This document shows positions 21,850-24,626 of a DNA stretch of 24,626 nt, one piece after another (position 1 is the first letter of the stretch; the number at the start of each line of letters is the position of its first letter). Both the position numbers and the translations under genes were made by a program. The stretch is from contig JAKLZA010000242.1 of NCBI GenBank assembly GCA_030704615.1, positions 1-24,626 of the forward strand, written 5' to 3'. The notes beneath the pieces were generated by a model. It had not been told where the DNA came from. It did no database searches and was given only the letters and a program-made list of their open reading frames with translations. The DNA is from Takakia lepidozioides. Its lineage: Eukaryota; Plantae; Bryophyta.

Positions 21850-23140
21850 AAAGGCAACCTGATGTGTTTGATGATGTGGAAGTCATGCACCTCTTATGTT
21901 TTGGAGAAGTCAATGACTACCTGACAAAAGAGGAGAGCACGAGAGCCAAGAGGCGGGCAAGGCAGTACTCCTATCTCAAAGGTGAGGTCTACTTTGATGG
22001 AAGGGTAGTTCCACCAAGAACTGACAGAGGGGCAATAATCACTGAAGTACATGAAGCCACTGGCCACTTTGGAGTCAGAAGAACTCAAGAGGAGATCTGC
22101 CGACGTTATTTCTGGCATGATAGAACAAAAACTCATCAGGCAAGTACTCAAGGGCTGTGGTAAATGTCAGATGGCCAAACAGAACGGAGTGTTGCGCTCA
22201 GGTAGCTCAAACTTCACAGCATTCCAGTAGTAGATCTGTTTTTCAGAGTTGCAATTGACACGGCAGGACCATTACCTATAACCAGCAGGGGCAATCAGTA
22301 CTTTCTGGTGGCAATCGATCACTTCTCAAAATGGATAGAAGCTGCACCAGTGGCAGATCATATAGCAGCCCTTGCTGCCCGCTTTCTTGAGAAAGAAGTA
22401 ATTGACAGGTATAGCTGCCCACATACGTTGCTCACTGACAATGGCACAGAGTGGGGAGGTGAGTTTGAAGATACATGCCACGAATACGGTATAAAGAGGG
22501 AGCATAGCGCCCCCTACTGGCCTCAATGTAACGGTATGGTGGAAAGGGTCATTAAGTCCTCTCAAACAGAGCATCACCACCCTAGGAGTTGGAAACGACA
22601 CTGAGTGGGATCAGAATCTCTATAAGGCCCTGTTTGGTTACAGAATGGGTGTCCATGCTTCCACTGGATTCTCACCTTTTCAGGTACTTACTGGTAGAAT
22701 TCCAAGGCTGGGAATTGACAACAGGTTGCATTTTCTTACAACACACCAGTAAATAAATTCTGATGGATCTGTAGCAGAGGTCACACTTATGATGCAGCAG
22801 AAAATCCAGCTTCTCACAGAGATGAAGGCAAAGCTGCGAAAAAATGTGAAGAAAGGGCAGCGTCAGCAGGCAAGGATTATGAAAGGAGGCATCAAAATGG
22901 GCATACCTACTGCAAGTTGATGGAAAACAGCAAGGTTATGATGTTGAGGCCTGGAAAGAGATCTTCCATGACATCTCCATGGGAGGCCTTATGACTTTTT
23001 TGGGGTAACAAAGATGCAGGAAACACCACAAGGACAGGGGAAGCTGCACGCAGATGCAGGCTAAGAGATGGGGCAAACAAGGAATGGATAAGAAGTAGGA
23101 GGGACTTGAAACCCTTCATACCACCAGTGTGTGATCAGCC
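21850..23140 (+). pseudogene. Integrase of element 2 (frameshifted)
   Basis: HEATGHFG...CGKC zinc finger; VAIDTAGP, IDHFSKW, LTDNGTEW, PQCNGMVER. Confidence 0.9.
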
Positions 23141-23172
23141 AGTGAAGGTGGTCAGTGAGGACCCTCACACTT

Positions 23173-23183
23173 AAAAAGGGAGA
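23173..23183 (+). promoter_or_regulatory. Polypurine tract of element 2
   Basis: AAAAAGGGAGA ending 11 nt before the 3' LTR start, preceded by a GTGAGG-AC-CCTCAC hairpin. Confidence 0.7.
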
Positions 23184-23194
23184 CACACTACATA

Positions 23195-24279
23195 TGTAGT
23201 GTGAATGCAGGGGAGTGAACATTACATATGTTTACCATTACGACCTGCATCACTATGACGGGAGTGCCCGTCATCCCAACTGCAGAAAGGATGTATCCCT
23301 TCATGTAGGTAATTTCATGAGCGCACTGAGCTTATGCTTTGCCAGGAGAAAATGGCTAAGTCATGACGGTACACATTTTCATCCATGCGATGAACGTTTT
23401 CATCACTGGTTCTTGACCTAAAAGATCGCGGGTTGAGAAAAACGAAGAGGAAGATGACGGATGGCTCGTAGCGGCTGTTGCAAGCAGTGGGTGTCGGCAG
23501 GGCAGCCTGTGTTAGAGGTTGTACCTGCGCGGTGGGATCTTGCTTGGCTTAGGAAGTGGCATTAAGACGCCTCTGCTTGGTATTCTGTGTAGAAAGAAGC
23601 GGTGCCGCCTCTCTCGTAGTGATGATCAATTCCAAGAGATAGAAGCATGTAAGGAAAGCGGCGCACCACCACTGCCGCCCAGTGCCTTGAAGATGATAGT
23701 TATGGGCAGATGAGCAAGCAAGGAAAAGGCCAGCTGCTGAAAGCACAGGGAAAAGAGAGTCTGGCACAATCAATGGGGGGAGGTAAAGCATGTGGAGTGC
23801 TGGCTGTATGGTATCTCAGGTTCTCTGTCATCAAGCTTCTAGCTGCCTTTGTGTCTCCTGTTATAGGACCAGGCCAATTCGTGAGGAAGAATTGCATAGC
23901 GTAATCTGGTTGTCAGGCCCCGGGACCCGGATGGTCAAGTGAAGAAGGGGAGCCATCATGGCGTCATAAGGTCTGGAATCAAGACAAAGAGTAAGGGTTG
24001 AAGTGGCTGCTGACGGGCGATGGCAAGGTGCCACCTTGACATGCAGACCCGCCGCTTCACTAGTGGATAAAAACAGATAAGTCTATGAACAGTGGCCCTT
24101 TTTTGGTGAACTTAGAAATTGCTTTGGTAGATTTAGGACTGCCATCCTGGCAGAAGAGAAAAGGTGGAGACATGTGACAAGAAAAGTTTTTGAAAATGGG
24201 AATGGAGACTCTGGACTTCAGACCAGAACGTGAAAGGATGGATGCACCTGATGTTGTGATGACAGTGAGAGAAATAAGT

Positions 24280-24327
<48 letters not shown>

Positions 24328-24626
24328 CATGTTCGTCACTGAATTCAGAATGGTCACTATTGTCTTCATTCTTGCATTCTGATTCAGTGTCATAAAACTG
24401 GACACCATGCTGCCGTGTGTAGTGATAACCTGGAACCAATGTAGATCTGGCTTTGTTTTGTTTTTTGGAGAGATCAATGAAATGGTTTAGCCGGAGCTGC
24501 AAAAAAACAATGGAAAGGTAAGTACAAAAGGTGATTTTCAGTCTGGGTCAAGGATCTGAAAGAGACTGCTTTTCCCTCGAGTTGAAGGGAAAGAGGGATG
24601 GTGGGGGGTATTTGATTGGAAGTCTG
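23195..24626 (+). repeat. 3' LTR of element 2 (partial)
   Basis: Direct repeat of 14978 to ~16398; differences are mostly 1-nt indels. Confidence 0.93.

Larger units (their letters stand above)
14978..24626 (+). mobile_element. Element 2: non-chromovirus Ty3/gypsy LTR retrotransposon, degenerate; 3' LTR runs off the window
   Basis: LTR repeat starting at 14978 and 23195; domain order Gag-PR-RT-RH-(RH')-IN; no chromodomain seen. Confidence 0.92.

Overview
Eukaryotic, most likely seedless land-plant (fern/lycophyte/moss-like) repeat-rich DNA made of nested transposons. (1) A very young Galadriel-like chromovirus (Ty3/gypsy) on the minus strand, 136-7183: ~724-bp near-identical LTRs, tRNA-iMet PBS and a 1462-aa Gag-Pol-chromodomain ORF. 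It lies tail-to-tail with the end of a second LTR of the same family (1-74). (2) A spliced Plavaka-type (CACTA/Mirage-related) DDE transposase gene on + (7336-8650), lacking its 5' part. (3) Convergent with it, a six-exon minus-strand gene (11309-14977) that the ORF track fragments. Once spliced it encodes a prokaryote-like, circularly permuted beta-class DNA amino-methyltransferase fold (N6_N4_Mtase-like) with motif IV altered to DIPD, and a hairpin-rich 95/96-bp tandem array sits in one intron. (4) A non-chromovirus Ty3/gypsy element on + (14978 to beyond the window end) inserted into that gene: 2.2-kb LTRs, three Gag zinc knuckles, a D-to-N protease, several frameshifts and an unusual tandem, degenerate second Ty3-type RNase H. 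The best candidate for a novel system is a Plavaka DNA transposon carrying a DNA N4C/N6A methyltransferase-like cargo gene. All family calls come from motif recognition by eye; no searches were run.
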